Origin: Candidatus Woesebacteria bacterium RIFCSPHIGHO2_01_FULL_39_32
Lineage (GTDB): Bacteria; Patescibacteriota; Microgenomatia; UBA8517
Direction: 5' to 3'
Length of the DNA: 64,000 nt
Assembly: GCA_001792345.1 (NCBI GenBank)
Contig: MGGJ01000004.1
Location: 9,697-73,696 of the forward strand
The notes under the pieces are model-generated. The model did not search any database. It was not told the DNA's origin and worked only from the letters and a program-made list of their open reading frames with translations. Shown here one piece after another: positions 47,992 through 58,213 of this stretch. The first letter of the stretch is position 1. Each line of letters starts with the position of its first letter. The translations under genes and the position numbers were made by a program.

Positions 47992-48081
47992 ATCAAATCA
48001 TTATATCAGTTTTGAACTTATCTTAGGAAGATATGATAAGAGCTAATTAAAATGTGAGTTTTTCTTTTAGATTTGTCTCAA

Positions 48082-51000
48082 CTATTTTGTGCTTTCTTCA
48101 GAGGGAAATGCTTTTCTTAAAATCTCTCTTCCTACAAATAAATATTTTCTTAGTAATGTATCGCTTTTTGCGTCGTATTCTTCAGCCTGTCCATGATATT
48201 TTTCTGAATCAATTCGATTTAACATGTATCTTTGATTTAACTCCTCTTGTTGCTCTCGAAGTAAATCAATTTGCTCTCCTAAATTTCTATAATCTTTTTC
48301 TAAAGTATCCAATGTTTCGGGTTCTGTTAAAGCTGCAAGCACTTCAGTAAGCTTGTCGACAGCATCATTCAAATTATTATTACCTACCTCATTATCGTTA
48401 ATCTTTATCGATGTTTCATATTCTCTAAGTGCCGAATCTAACTCGTTTAAAGCATCGCTATTTAGCGAATCTATTTTTTCTCTATCGATACCGTCCCAAA
48501 AATTCTCCGGGTTGATAGATTTCGGATCCATTATTTTTTCATCAGACACCAATTCTTTAAGTCCTTCCCTCGGTGGTTGTGCTTTCCCCTCTTCTTCCTC
48601 GGGTTGCTCAGTTCTTTTTAAGGTTTCTTGAAGTTCTCTTATTCTCTTTTCTTTATCTAGAAGCATAACTTCGTAGGTAGTTACTACGGGGAGCTTTGCT
48701 CCAACACTATCTACTTTACCTAATAATTCCGATTGTCCTGCTAATTTATCCCGTATCTTTTCATATTCTTCATCACCAGAAAAATTTGCGTCTGAATCAT
48801 ATCTTTCACTTAATCTTCTATTTCTCTCTTGGAGTAATTCCACGTAGTGATCAAGGCTTTGATCAAACTCAACTGCTCGATTGGCGTCATCCTTGTCCGC
48901 CTCGTAGTCTTGCCTTTTAGCTTTGACCTCCTGTAATCCTTGTCTGGTCGTTTCTACTAACTCATCATCTGTTAATTCTGAAAGAAGTTTTTCTTTAGAT
49001 TCATCTTCGGCTTCTGCTCCAGTTTCAACTTCCGAAGCTAGTTTTTCTTCCTTAATTGATAGTTCTGTAACTCTCCTTCCAAACCTAGTTCTTTGCTTAT
49101 CCAATTCTTCCTCGATTCTTTTTCTTACTGCTTCTTCTGTATAGTATTTAGTATCGTAAATTTTAGGCTTCCTTCCCTCAATTGGACTTCCTGTTTCATC
49201 TGTCTCTTGACTCTTGAGCCTTCCGTCTTCAACAGAATATTTAAAATATCTTACTTTTCCCTTGTTTTCTCCTCCTGTGACTTCCGATGAAACAAACAAG
49301 TAGTCCCCATCACGTACTTCGGGTAATTTTTCTGCAGCTTCTTCAGGAGCTCCTACTGGAGTTTCAAATTGTGGTTCAACTAAGAATATTTTTCCTTCTT
49401 CATCTTTTGCAAAATAAAGTCCTCTTTCTAATGTATTACTCTCCTGAAATGGATTAACTAACTCATCCACATATTCACTAACTTCTACTTCAGGAGGAAC
49501 TTTATAAGGTTTAGCCTCTTCCTCCCCAACCTTATTTCCTCCTTCATCGACAAATTCTGAATAAACATTATTTTCATCATCCCACCACACCAAAAGTGTG
49601 TTTTTATTCCCTTTATCGTCGCTGAGTCTAACAGCTTCATAATCTTTCATTCCCTTACGCAGATCTAAAAACTTCTCTGGTTTCTCTCCTGTTTCTTCAG
49701 GAGCTCCTTCAGGAACTTCAACTTCAAGGGGTTTTACTTCTGTCCAAAATTCTTCCTTTTTTCCTTCAACCAACTGAAGCTTTCCCTTGTCGTTTATAAA
49801 AAAATATAAACCTCTTTTAAATTCTGTTATCTCTCCTGGGATCTCCTCAGTAGCTTCGTCCATTAATCTTTTTGCTGCTTCTAAGTTATCAGTTTGTTCC
49901 TCAGATGATACCTCTTCTACACTCCCATCAGCATTCAAACGCTCAAATTTAACAAAATTTCCGTCCCACCATGCCATTCCTATTTTTTCGCTACCATCCT
50001 TATCTTTGAAAGTTACTAATTCATAATCTTGCAAGCCAGGATGTTCTTGGAGAAATCTTTCTCTTGTCAATTCCAATGCATCCTGAGGACGTTCAAAATG
50101 AAGTGGCGGAGTTATAACCTCTTCGGCTTTGGGAGTAGCTCTTACAAAATCGATTCTTAATTTTCCGTTCTCGGTAATAATGAATTTTGCATCTGTTGCC
50201 TTTCCGCCTAATTTTTCTGTTAAATAGGCTTTATATCTACGATTCAAACCTTCTCCTCCAAGATATGCATTCAAAAAATTAGCTACATTTATATTTCCAA
50301 TCTTATCTTGCGAAGTAAAACCGGAAGCAATAATCCCTTCTCCTGAATTAGTAAGCTGTACCTGACCTCCCACTCCCATTTCCGGAGCTAAATTTAACCC
50401 CAAAATCTTACGTTCTCTACTTGCCGTAGCGTTAAAATTAAGGTTTACTTCTCCTGGATTACTAGTCGGTGTTGCTTCTACCCTGAAAATTTTCATTCTT
50501 ACACCATCCGGACTAGCAAGCGGTTCTGTGAGTGAACGTTGAGTTAACTCCTTGACCCATCTTTCATCCAGTTCAACGTATGCGTTATTTCCTGCTTCAA
50601 GCTGTTCTCCTAAACTTTCAAAAAGTTTGTCAACGTTCTCGATGGCCATTCCTACAGGAAGTTCTACTTTAACCAAAGGCCTTTCTACTACTGGCGCCTC
50701 CGGAATTTTCTCAGGAGTCGCAGGTTCCCCAACTTCCTTTATCTTCCATTTATCGGGTTCAGCGTAAGTTACCTTAACTTCCTTTAGTAAATCTTCTTGT
50801 CTGAGAAGTTCTTTATAAAGTATCTCGCGACGATCGTGAAGCCTTTTCAACTCCCTACCTAATTCTTTCCTTCTTTTATCTAAACTGGCTGTGGTCAACT
50901 CCGCTCCGAGATGAACGCTGTGTCTTTGAATTACTATAAACTCATTAAGTTTACCTTTAAGGCCATCAGGTATTCCTTCAACTGTTACTCCATTTGGAGG

Positions 51001-51453
51001 ATTCAGTAGAAAATTTACAGCTCTGAGATTTAGTAACTCTTGAGAAGTACGTGCCTCAAGGTCTTTTCTCGTTTCTGGTGTGACCTCCGTTGTAGAGTCA
51101 AGATATGCATCCATAGTCGCTTCTAATTCGTCTCCCCCATGCAAAACTCTAAGCATATTCTTCATATTTCGATCCATTCCGTCTCTATCAAGATTCTCAA
51201 AAATTCTATCAACTCTTTCTTTTGTCTGACGTTCATACAAACTTGGTAGTTTCTCGCCACCCAATTCAACAGTCTTATTACCCGCTCTCGCATACTGGTC
51301 ATACAATTCCTGCTGCGCTCTAAGTCCTTCGCTCATTACCGGGATTTCAAATTGATCCTCTGTGGAAGTATTAGGAGGATTTGCATTTCCGTTTTGTTCT
51401 GGATCTTTGGCCATATTTGTTTGGGCTTGTTCATCACTTTCTGACTCTGACAT
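48082..51453 (-). CDS. Large acidic hypothetical protein with internal domain duplication
   Basis: About 1120 aa, Glu-rich, coiled-coil segments; two ~90-aa units DYE..WWD..RGLYF..GK..LVE. Confidence 0.8.
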   Translation of the reverse strand: MSESESDEQAQTNMAKDPEQNGNANPPNTSTEDQFEIPVMSEGLRAQQELYDQYARAGNKTVELGGEKLPSLYERQTKERVDRIFENLDRDGMDRNMKNMLRVLHGGDELEATMDAYLDSTTEVTPETRKDLEARTSQELLNLRAVNFLLNPPNGVTVEGIPDGLKGKLNEFIVIQRHSVHLGAELTTASLDKRRKELGRELKRLHDRREILYKELLRQEDLLKEVKVTYAEPDKWKIKEVGEPATPEKIPEAPVVERPLVKVELPVGMAIENVDKLFESLGEQLEAGNNAYVELDERWVKELTQRSLTEPLASPDGVRMKIFRVEATPTSNPGEVNLNFNATASRERKILGLNLAPEMGVGGQVQLTNSGEGIIASGFTSQDKIGNINVANFLNAYLGGEGLNRRYKAYLTEKLGGKATDAKFIITENGKLRIDFVRATPKAEEVITPPLHFERPQDALELTRERFLQEHPGLQDYELVTFKDKDGSEKIGMAWWDGNFVKFERLNADGSVEEVSSEEQTDNLEAAKRLMDEATEEIPGEITEFKRGLYFFINDKGKLQLVEGKKEEFWTEVKPLEVEVPEGAPEETGEKPEKFLDLRKGMKDYEAVRLSDDKGNKNTLLVWWDDENNVYSEFVDEGGNKVGEEEAKPYKVPPEVEVSEYVDELVNPFQESNTLERGLYFAKDEEGKIFLVEPQFETPVGAPEEAAEKLPEVRDGDYLFVSSEVTGGENKGKVRYFKYSVEDGRLKSQETDETGSPIEGRKPKIYDTKYYTEEAVRKRIEEELDKQRTRFGRRVTELSIKEEKLASEVETGAEAEDESKEKLLSELTDDELVETTRQGLQEVKAKRQDYEADKDDANRAVEFDQSLDHYVELLQERNRRLSERYDSDANFSGDEEYEKIRDKLAGQSELLGKVDSVGAKLPVVTTYEVMLLDKEKRIRELQETLKRTEQPEEEEGKAQPPREGLKELVSDEKIMDPKSINPENFWDGIDREKIDSLNSDALNELDSALREYETSIKINDNEVGNNNLNDAVDKLTEVLAALTEPETLDTLEKDYRNLGEQIDLLREQQEELNQRYMLNRIDSEKYHGQAEEYDAKSDTLLRKYLFVGREILRKAFPSEESTK

Positions 51454-51497
51454 AATGCCTAAATTATATACATCAAAAAGGGACAAAGCTATTTATA

Positions 51498-53141
51498 TTA
51501 TACCTCAACAACAACCGGAAGTATCATTGGCCTGCGACCGGTTTTTTGGAAGAAGAATTTTCCCAAATAATCCAAAGTTACTCCATGAATAATCGATTTT
51601 TTGATATTCACCTTTTTTTCAACTTGACGCTTTAGCCTTTTACTGGCTTCATCTAAAAGATCTTTACTTATTTTTTCAAATATAAAACCCCTACTTATTA
51701 TTTCAGGAAAATCTATGATCTTGCCTCCACGATCAAGTTTGAAAATAACCACAACAACCCCCTCGTTTCCTAAAATTGCTCTATCTCCAAGCACAACTTT
51801 TCCTACATCCCCGACACCAAGCCCATGTACTAATACTGCTTTTACTTGAATTTTTTCACCAATCTTCGCCTGACCATTTTCAAAAATAACATTTTCGCCT
51901 GGTTTTAAAGTAAAAACATTGGATGGATTTACTCCATTTTCAGTTGCTAATTTTTTATACGAATGCATATAACGAATTGCGCCTCCAATGGGGATAAAAT
52001 ACCGGGGGTTAACAAGGTTAAATAGATCTTTGATATCACTTTGACTCCCGTGTCCAGAAACATATAAATTTTCTTTCAAATCGTAATAATGAACGTCAAC
52101 TCCTTTATCAATTAATTGGTCTATCACAAAATCCTCAGATTCTTTTGTATAGGGCGGTGCCGGATCTGCAGAAAATACAAAGGTGTCTCCCCTTTCAGCA
52201 CTTACTCTCTCATGCTCATCGATTGCGATTCTATATAATGAGCTTCCTACCTGACCATAACAGCCGGAAACTATATACATAAGCTTATCTTTATTAACTC
52301 TTTCAGCGTCCTTCATAGAAATTACGGTATTGGTTTTGTATTTTAAAATCCCAAGGTTGTAAGCAATTTCCGTCTTTTTTTGGATAGAGCGACCGATAAA
52401 GATCACTTTCCTACCTACTTTTTCGGCAACATTAATCATTTGCTGAAAGCGTCCTATGTTTGATGAAATTGCAGTCATAAAAACAGTACTTTTTGCTTTT
52501 TCGACAATGTTAAACATATTCCCTTCAATATGCCTCTCGCCTTCCGTATAACCCGTTTTATTTGCTCCCAAACAGTCTGAAGCTAAAAATAAAACGTTTT
52601 GATTAGCTAGCTTTTTTGCTCTTTCGACGTCAAATTTCATTCCGTCAACTGGGTTTTGGTCCATCTTGTGTTCAGGAACGTGGAATATCCTGCCTTCAGG
52701 GGTATCAATTGCAAATCCTACTGTGTCAGGGACCGAGTGAGTTACTCTAAAAGGAAAAACTTTAAAAGGACCTACCTCAAAATCATCATATTCGGGATTA
52801 AAGGTATTTATCACAAAGTTATCTACACCGTAGTCTTTAAACTTATCCTTGAGAAAATCTGTTACTAAAGGAGTTGACCAAATTGGTACATTTACTTCTT
52901 TTAACAAATAGGGGAGTGCCCCAATATGGTCTTCGTGTCCTTGAGATAAAACAATACCAATTAATTTCTCCTTGTTTTTAACGACATAAGAAAAATCGGG
53001 AATAACCAAATCCACCCCAGGCATCTCAAGATCGGGAAATCCCACCCCGCAATCAACAATCATCATTTTGCCATCAGTTTCATAAACGTAAAGATTTTCC
53101 GTTACGCTTACTGTTCCTGATAATGCGATAAACTTAAGCAT
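51498..53141 (-). CDS. rnj: Ribonuclease J (altered metal-binding motifs)
   Basis: VDCG, VIPDFSY, GHEDHIGA, THSVPD, VSGH, C-terminal RRPMILP. Confidence 0.93.
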   Translation of the reverse strand: MLKFIALSGTVSVTENLYVYETDGKMMIVDCGVGFPDLEMPGVDLVIPDFSYVVKNKEKLIGIVLSQGHEDHIGALPYLLKEVNVPIWSTPLVTDFLKDKFKDYGVDNFVINTFNPEYDDFEVGPFKVFPFRVTHSVPDTVGFAIDTPEGRIFHVPEHKMDQNPVDGMKFDVERAKKLANQNVLFLASDCLGANKTGYTEGERHIEGNMFNIVEKAKSTVFMTAISSNIGRFQQMINVAEKVGRKVIFIGRSIQKKTEIAYNLGILKYKTNTVISMKDAERVNKDKLMYIVSGCYGQVGSSLYRIAIDEHERVSAERGDTFVFSADPAPPYTKESEDFVIDQLIDKGVDVHYYDLKENLYVSGHGSQSDIKDLFNLVNPRYFIPIGGAIRYMHSYKKLATENGVNPSNVFTLKPGENVIFENGQAKIGEKIQVKAVLVHGLGVGDVGKVVLGDRAILGNEGVVVVIFKLDRGGKIIDFPEIISRGFIFEKISKDLLDEASKRLKRQVEKKVNIKKSIIHGVTLDYLGKFFFQKTGRRPMILPVVVEV

Positions 53142-53143
53142 AA

Positions 53144-53764
53144 TTAAACTAAAGTCATCTGTTTTACTTCTTCTTTCTTATTATTATCTTTATTCCTAGT
53201 TTCTTCCAAGATTCCGGGCAACTTTTTAAAATCATCTAAGGTTTGTTGTTTTACATCTACACTTCTTAAACCTGCAGCCGGATGATACATTGGAACAGCT
53301 ACCAAATTTTTACCTTTCCAGTTTACATCAAACTTCTTGCCATGAACCGACGTAATTTTAGCATTCGGCAAAAATTTTCCCATAGAAAACCGTCCCAACG
53401 TGACAATAATTTTTGGATCGATAATATCAATCATTTCATTTAGATAAGGCTGATATGCCGCAATTTCCGAAGGCTCGGGATCACGATTTTGGGGTGGCCG
53501 ATGATGAACAACGTTTGTAATAAAAACTTTTTCTCGGGTTAAACCAGCAGTAATAAGTAATTGATTCAAAAACGCACCTGCATTTCCGACAAAGGGCGAG
53601 CCTTTTTGATCTTCCCAGTATCCTGGCCCTTCGCCGATGAACATAATTTCAGTTTCCGGGTCTCCTTCCCCAAACACAAGCTGTGTGGCTCCTTTTCTCA
53701 AAGGTAAGGCCATATCCCTTTGCATTGAGTCCTTAAGTTTTTGTAATTTTTCTTTTTTTGTCAT
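53144..53764 (-). CDS. Uracil-DNA glycosylase family 4-like, lacking Fe-S cysteines
   Basis: IGEGPG..ED..G.PFVG, RPPQNRDP, YHPAA. Confidence 0.9.
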   Translation of the reverse strand: MTKKEKLQKLKDSMQRDMALPLRKGATQLVFGEGDPETEIMFIGEGPGYWEDQKGSPFVGNAGAFLNQLLITAGLTREKVFITNVVHHRPPQNRDPEPSEIAAYQPYLNEMIDIIDPKIIVTLGRFSMGKFLPNAKITSVHGKKFDVNWKGKNLVAVPMYHPAAGLRSVDVKQQTLDDFKKLPGILEETRNKDNNKKEEVKQMTLV

Positions 53765-54378
53765 TCTTCAACATTCAAAACATGCAATCTTGTCGTGGCA
53801 TCCTTTAGGCTCTCAAATAGTATAGTACGAAAACCAAAAGCTTCGGCCGCTACAATGTTTCTTTCTAAATCGTCTACATAAAGAGACTCGCCGGGGTTGA
53901 TGTTAAATCTATTTATCAGTATGGAATATATTTTTGGATCAGGTTTGGCAATGCCCTCCTGAGCAGAACTGACAATTCCTGCAAAATAATCGTCCAATTT
54001 AAACTTTGTGCGCTTAAAAGCTAACCATTCATTTCCTATGTTTGTGAGCAAGTAAAGATTATATTTACCTTTCAGTTTCTTTATCTGGTTCAAAAAGGGC
54101 AAGTCAGTAACATTTTTCCTCCAAATTTCTTTTAAGTTTTTTATTAACTTTTCAGTTGGCTCTTTGCCAACGCCGCCGATAAATAGCCTCATAAATTCCT
54201 CCTCCGAAATTTTACCGATTTTTAAATCCGGCCATGCTTTTTCCCAACCACTCTCTAAATCGTGCTGATTAACTCCGAGTAGTTTCCTTGTAAGTGTTGA
54301 TTTGCTAACCAATCCGGTATCGTCGTCTGTCAGCAAGACTCCACCCAAATCGGAAACTATATTTTGGACATTATTCAT
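53761..54378 (-). CDS. HAD-superfamily phosphatase (YihX-like)
   Basis: DLGGVL, LTN, KPDPKIY, VDD. Confidence 0.88.
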   Translation of the reverse strand: MNNVQNIVSDLGGVLLTDDDTGLVSKSTLTRKLLGVNQHDLESGWEKAWPDLKIGKISEEEFMRLFIGGVGKEPTEKLIKNLKEIWRKNVTDLPFLNQIKKLKGKYNLYLLTNIGNEWLAFKRTKFKLDDYFAGIVSSAQEGIAKPDPKIYSILINRFNINPGESLYVDDLERNIVAAEAFGFRTILFESLKDATTRLHVLNVEE

Positions 54379-54386
54379 TAGAAAAT

Positions 54387-55433
54387 TTACTGAAGGAACT
54401 GTTTTACGTTTTCTGGGGTAACAGTAAAAGTTGGTCCCTTTCCTTGTACGATTTCAAGTGCGGCTTTTCGTACTACTTGCTGAATTGTACGCTCAAGAGT
54501 TCTCATACCTGCGTCAAAACCAAGAGGACGAACTATTAATGGCCAAACTTCTTCTTTAATTTCCAGAGATTCTTTAGGAATTCCGGATTGACGAATTATC
54601 CGCGGAAGCATGTAGTTTTTTCCAATAGTTATTTTTTCAATATCGGTATATGCTGGCATTTGAATCGGTTCCAACCTGTCTAAAACAGCTGTTGCTATAT
54701 TATTGGTATTGTTGGCTGTAGCGATAAAAATAATTTCAGAAAGATCGAAAGGAAAATCAAGATAGTGGTCGGTAAAAGCCTTATTTTGTTCGGGGTCTAA
54801 AAGCTCTACTAAAACACCCATGATTGAGCTTCTTCCTTCTTCTGTAACTCTGTCGATTTCATCCAAAAGTACTACACAATTTTTGCTTTTTGTATCTCTT
54901 AGAGCTTTTATTACCTTACCAGGCTCCGCTTCTGGATGCATTCTTGACTGACCCCTCAGATCCAGTGGATCCCCCATTCCTCCAAAAGGAATGCGGGCAA
55001 AGTTTCTTCCCATCGCCTCTGAGATTGAAGAAGCGATTGTTGTTTTTCCGGTACCGACCAAGCCGACGAAACAAAGTATCGGTGCGCGTAAAACGTCCTC
55101 TCCCTCTCCTTTTTCTTGTTTAAGGCGCATAACCGATATATATTCCAAAATCCTTGACTTAATTTCCTCCAGACCAAAATGATTTTTATCCAAAACTTGC
55201 TTTGCATGGATTAGATCAAGAACATCTTTTGTTCTTTTATTCCAAGGTAGCTCCAATATCCAACCAATATATTTATTAAGTCTGTCAAACTCGGGTAGAA
55301 ATGTGGGGGAGTCAATTAGCCCTAAGACTTGCTCTAATCTCAAAAGAATTCTTGCCTTCAGTTCTTCAGGTATGTCTGCCTTTTCAACTTCTTCGGAGTG
55401 TTTTTGTAGTTGTTCTTGTATGCTATCTGCCAT
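54387..55433 (-). CDS. Lon-type AAA+ ATPase module without N-domain or protease domain
   Basis: LPW, HFGLEEIKSRILEY, GLVGTGKT, LLDEID, LLDPEQN, DHY; ends after AAA small domain. Confidence 0.88.
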   Translation of the reverse strand: MADSIQEQLQKHSEEVEKADIPEELKARILLRLEQVLGLIDSPTFLPEFDRLNKYIGWILELPWNKRTKDVLDLIHAKQVLDKNHFGLEEIKSRILEYISVMRLKQEKGEGEDVLRAPILCFVGLVGTGKTTIASSISEAMGRNFARIPFGGMGDPLDLRGQSRMHPEAEPGKVIKALRDTKSKNCVVLLDEIDRVTEEGRSSIMGVLVELLDPEQNKAFTDHYLDFPFDLSEIIFIATANNTNNIATAVLDRLEPIQMPAYTDIEKITIGKNYMLPRIIRQSGIPKESLEIKEEVWPLIVRPLGFDAGMRTLERTIQQVVRKAALEIVQGKGPTFTVTPENVKQFLQ

Positions 55434-55560
55434 GTTTCTTTCTTATTATACCTAGGTTAGGTAGCCAAACTCCAGCACAAAAATGAAGATTTTTTGAAGG
55501 ACTTCCCTTTTACAACTGGTTTCAAAACCTTTCTATCAATATCAAATATCAACCAGTTGA

Positions 55561-55619
55561 GAAGCCTTCGCTTTCGGCGAACTCAAAACCGAGATTTCTT
55601 GAGGTTTTGAAATGGCTTC
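55561..55619. repeat. Nested hairpin downstream of pnp
   Basis: gaagcc..ggcttc enclosing ttcgc-tttcg-gcgaa and tcaaaacc..ggttttga. Confidence 0.55.
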
Positions 55620-57910
55620 TAATACTTCTTTTTGTTTTCGTCAATATAGCGGCTTTTAGGAAAATGGGGGCCACCCCGCCTGCCAGCAGGCATGGCACTA
55701 TCTCGTCTTTCAAACCTAGGTCTTCCTGCATCAAACCGCCTATTTTGATCGTAACCAGTTCTTTTTTCAAACCTTCCCCTAGGTCCTCCTTCGGTTCTTA
55801 CACCCTCTTTTCTTCTTTCTTCCTTACGAGCATCAAAGGCAGGATCCAACATCATAGAAAGGTTTAAACGTCCCAATTCATCGATTTCTTTCACTCTCAC
55901 TTGTACTTTGTCTCCAAGCGAGAGTATGTCTGCCGGATCTTTTACGTAATCTTCACTCATATCAGATACGTGTACTAAACCTTCCTTTCCTGGCAATATT
56001 TCAACAAATGCACCGAAAGGTTGAAGTCTTTTTACCGTACCTTCGTAAATCTCCCCTGCAACTGGAACTTTTGTAATTCCTTCAACCCGCTCCATTCCAG
56101 CTTTGAGTTCATCCGCGCTGGTTGCTGAAACATATACTGTTCCATCTTCGTCTACGTCTATCTGAGCTCCCGTCTCGGCAACTATTTTTCGAATTGTTTT
56201 ACCTCCCGGACCAATAAGCTCTCCTATCTTTTCCGGGTCAATCCTAATAATTTTTATTTTAGGAGCATAGGTTGAAACCGACTCTCTTGGTTTATCAATA
56301 ACCAAAGCCATTACGTCAAGAATTTTTAATCTAGCTTTTTTAGCTTCTGTAAGGGCATTAGACAATATTGGTAGACTAAGACTTAAAGTCTTCACATCGA
56401 GTTGAAGCGCCGTAATACCTTTCTTACTTCCGGCAACCTTAAAATCCATGTCTCCGTTTCCATCCTCCAAGCCTACAATATCGGTAAGAACGGTAAATTT
56501 TTTCTCATTCTCGACTACCAGACCCATAGCGATTCCGGCGATGGGATCAAGAATTGGAACCCCCGCGTCCATCAATGCCAAAGTAGAACCGCATACCGAT
56601 GCCATGCTAGTTGAACCATTGGAACTCAAGACCTCGGTTACGACTCGAATTGTGTAGGGAAAATCATTATCCGATGGAATTACAGGAACTAAAGCTCGTT
56701 CTGCTAAAGCTCCGTGTCCTATCTCACGGCGACTAGGAAATCCTACCCTGCCTGTTTCTCCGGTTGAAAAGGGTGGCATTGCATAGTGGTGAATATAGCT
56801 TTTCGTTTCCTCACCTGTTGCGCTTTCTAAAAATTGTTCAAGAGAGGGGGCTCCAAGAGTTGCAATGGTGAGGGCTTGGGTTTGTCCTCTTTGAAAAATT
56901 GCAGAGCCATGAGTACGGGGAAGTACTCCAACTTTGGCAGAAAGTGGCCGAATTTCATCGGTTTTTCTACCGTCAGGGCGTTTTCCTGATAGTATCAAAT
57001 TTCGAATTTCATCTTTGAAAAGCTCTTCAAAAATTTTCCCGGCTAATGATTTTTCTTCTTCGGAGAAGGACGAAGCAACCGCTTTCTTTGTTTCGTCATA
57101 AACTGAATATCCAGACTCTTTTGTCGCCATTTGAGAGATTAAATTTTTAACTGTATCTTTCGTAAGTTCCTTTACTTTCTTCTGAAGGTCTTTATTTACT
57201 TTCTCTTTCTCGAGACTTACCTTTTGGGGTTTAACCGCATCAACCAGATCGTTAATAAGATTAATTACTTTCGTGCACTCCTTTTGTGCATACTCAATTC
57301 CGGATAGCATTGTATCTTCGGTAACTTGTTTTGCACCGGATTCTATCATTACGATTGCATCTTTCGTTGTCGAAACAATAAGATCCATGTCTGAAGTTTC
57401 GAGTTCGGATTCTAATGGGTTTGTTATGTTTTTCCCCTCTTTTAAGCCCACCCTCAAAGTACCTACGGGTCCGTTCCATGGAATTCTGGATATCGATATT
57501 GCGGCAGAGGTTGCTATTGCCGCTACAATGTCAGGAATATTTTCCATATCAACCGATAAAACTGTGAGTATTACTTGAACTTCTTCTTTTGAGTATTCTT
57601 TTGGAAAAAGGGGTCGAATGGCTCGATCTATAAGACGTGCCGAGAGTATTTCTTCGTCCGTTGGTCTTCCTTCGCGTTTTACCCATCGGCTGCCTTTAAT
57701 CCTTCCACCGGCATAAAGTTTCTCTTGGTATTCCACAGAGAGAGGAAAATATCCTAAATCGGCTGCCATCGGCTGAGCGGTGACAGTAGCCAAAACCACA
57801 GTTTCCCCATAGGTAGCAAGAACCGCACCGTCTGCTTGGGCTGCCAAGTCCCCTGTCGAAAGAACCAGTTTTCTTCCTCCTAATTCTATTGATTTTTCGA
57901 TTTTCTTCAT
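55619..57910 (-). CDS. pnp: Polyribonucleotide nucleotidyltransferase
   Basis: RLIDRAIRPLFP, RREIGHG, SNGSTSMAS, GDMDFKVAG, KH and S1 domains. Confidence 0.98.
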   Translation of the reverse strand: MKKIEKSIELGGRKLVLSTGDLAAQADGAVLATYGETVVLATVTAQPMAADLGYFPLSVEYQEKLYAGGRIKGSRWVKREGRPTDEEILSARLIDRAIRPLFPKEYSKEEVQVILTVLSVDMENIPDIVAAIATSAAISISRIPWNGPVGTLRVGLKEGKNITNPLESELETSDMDLIVSTTKDAIVMIESGAKQVTEDTMLSGIEYAQKECTKVINLINDLVDAVKPQKVSLEKEKVNKDLQKKVKELTKDTVKNLISQMATKESGYSVYDETKKAVASSFSEEEKSLAGKIFEELFKDEIRNLILSGKRPDGRKTDEIRPLSAKVGVLPRTHGSAIFQRGQTQALTIATLGAPSLEQFLESATGEETKSYIHHYAMPPFSTGETGRVGFPSRREIGHGALAERALVPVIPSDNDFPYTIRVVTEVLSSNGSTSMASVCGSTLALMDAGVPILDPIAGIAMGLVVENEKKFTVLTDIVGLEDGNGDMDFKVAGSKKGITALQLDVKTLSLSLPILSNALTEAKKARLKILDVMALVIDKPRESVSTYAPKIKIIRIDPEKIGELIGPGGKTIRKIVAETGAQIDVDEDGTVYVSATSADELKAGMERVEGITKVPVAGEIYEGTVKRLQPFGAFVEILPGKEGLVHVSDMSEDYVKDPADILSLGDKVQVRVKEIDELGRLNLSMMLDPAFDARKEERRKEGVRTEGGPRGRFEKRTGYDQNRRFDAGRPRFERRDSAMPAGRRGGPHFPKSRYIDENKKKY

Positions 57911-57943
57911 TTTTTAGATTGAAGGTGTTTTCGCGTCTTGTAG

Positions 57944-58213
57944 TTACTTTTCTAATTTTAGCTCTTTAGCGAGCGTATTAAATCTAGCCTCATCTCTACT
58001 CTTTAGATAATTAAGAAGTCTCCTTCTTTTTGCAACCATGGATAGTAATCCTCGCCTTGAATGAACGTCTTTTTTGTGTTCTTTAAGATGTGCCGCAAGC
58101 TTATCAATTTGTGCCGTAAGAAGCGCAATTTGAACCTCCGGGGAACCGGTATCACCCTTCTCTCTCGCATACTTCTCTATAATGGATTGCTTTTCTTCTT
58201 TTGCTAATGCCAT
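57944..58213 (-). CDS. rpsO: 30S ribosomal protein S15
   Basis: [24 protein letters not shown]. Confidence 0.98.
   Translation of the reverse strand: MALAKEEKQSIIEKYAREKGDTGSPEVQIALLTAQIDKLAAHLKEHKKDVHSRRGLLSMVAKRRRLLNYLKSRDEARFNTLAKELKLEK

Noticed and set aside
55607..55867. ORF with signal-peptide-like start MKWLLILLFVFV
   Set aside because: Antisense to the pnp 3' end; the hydrophobic run mirrors Lys/Glu codons
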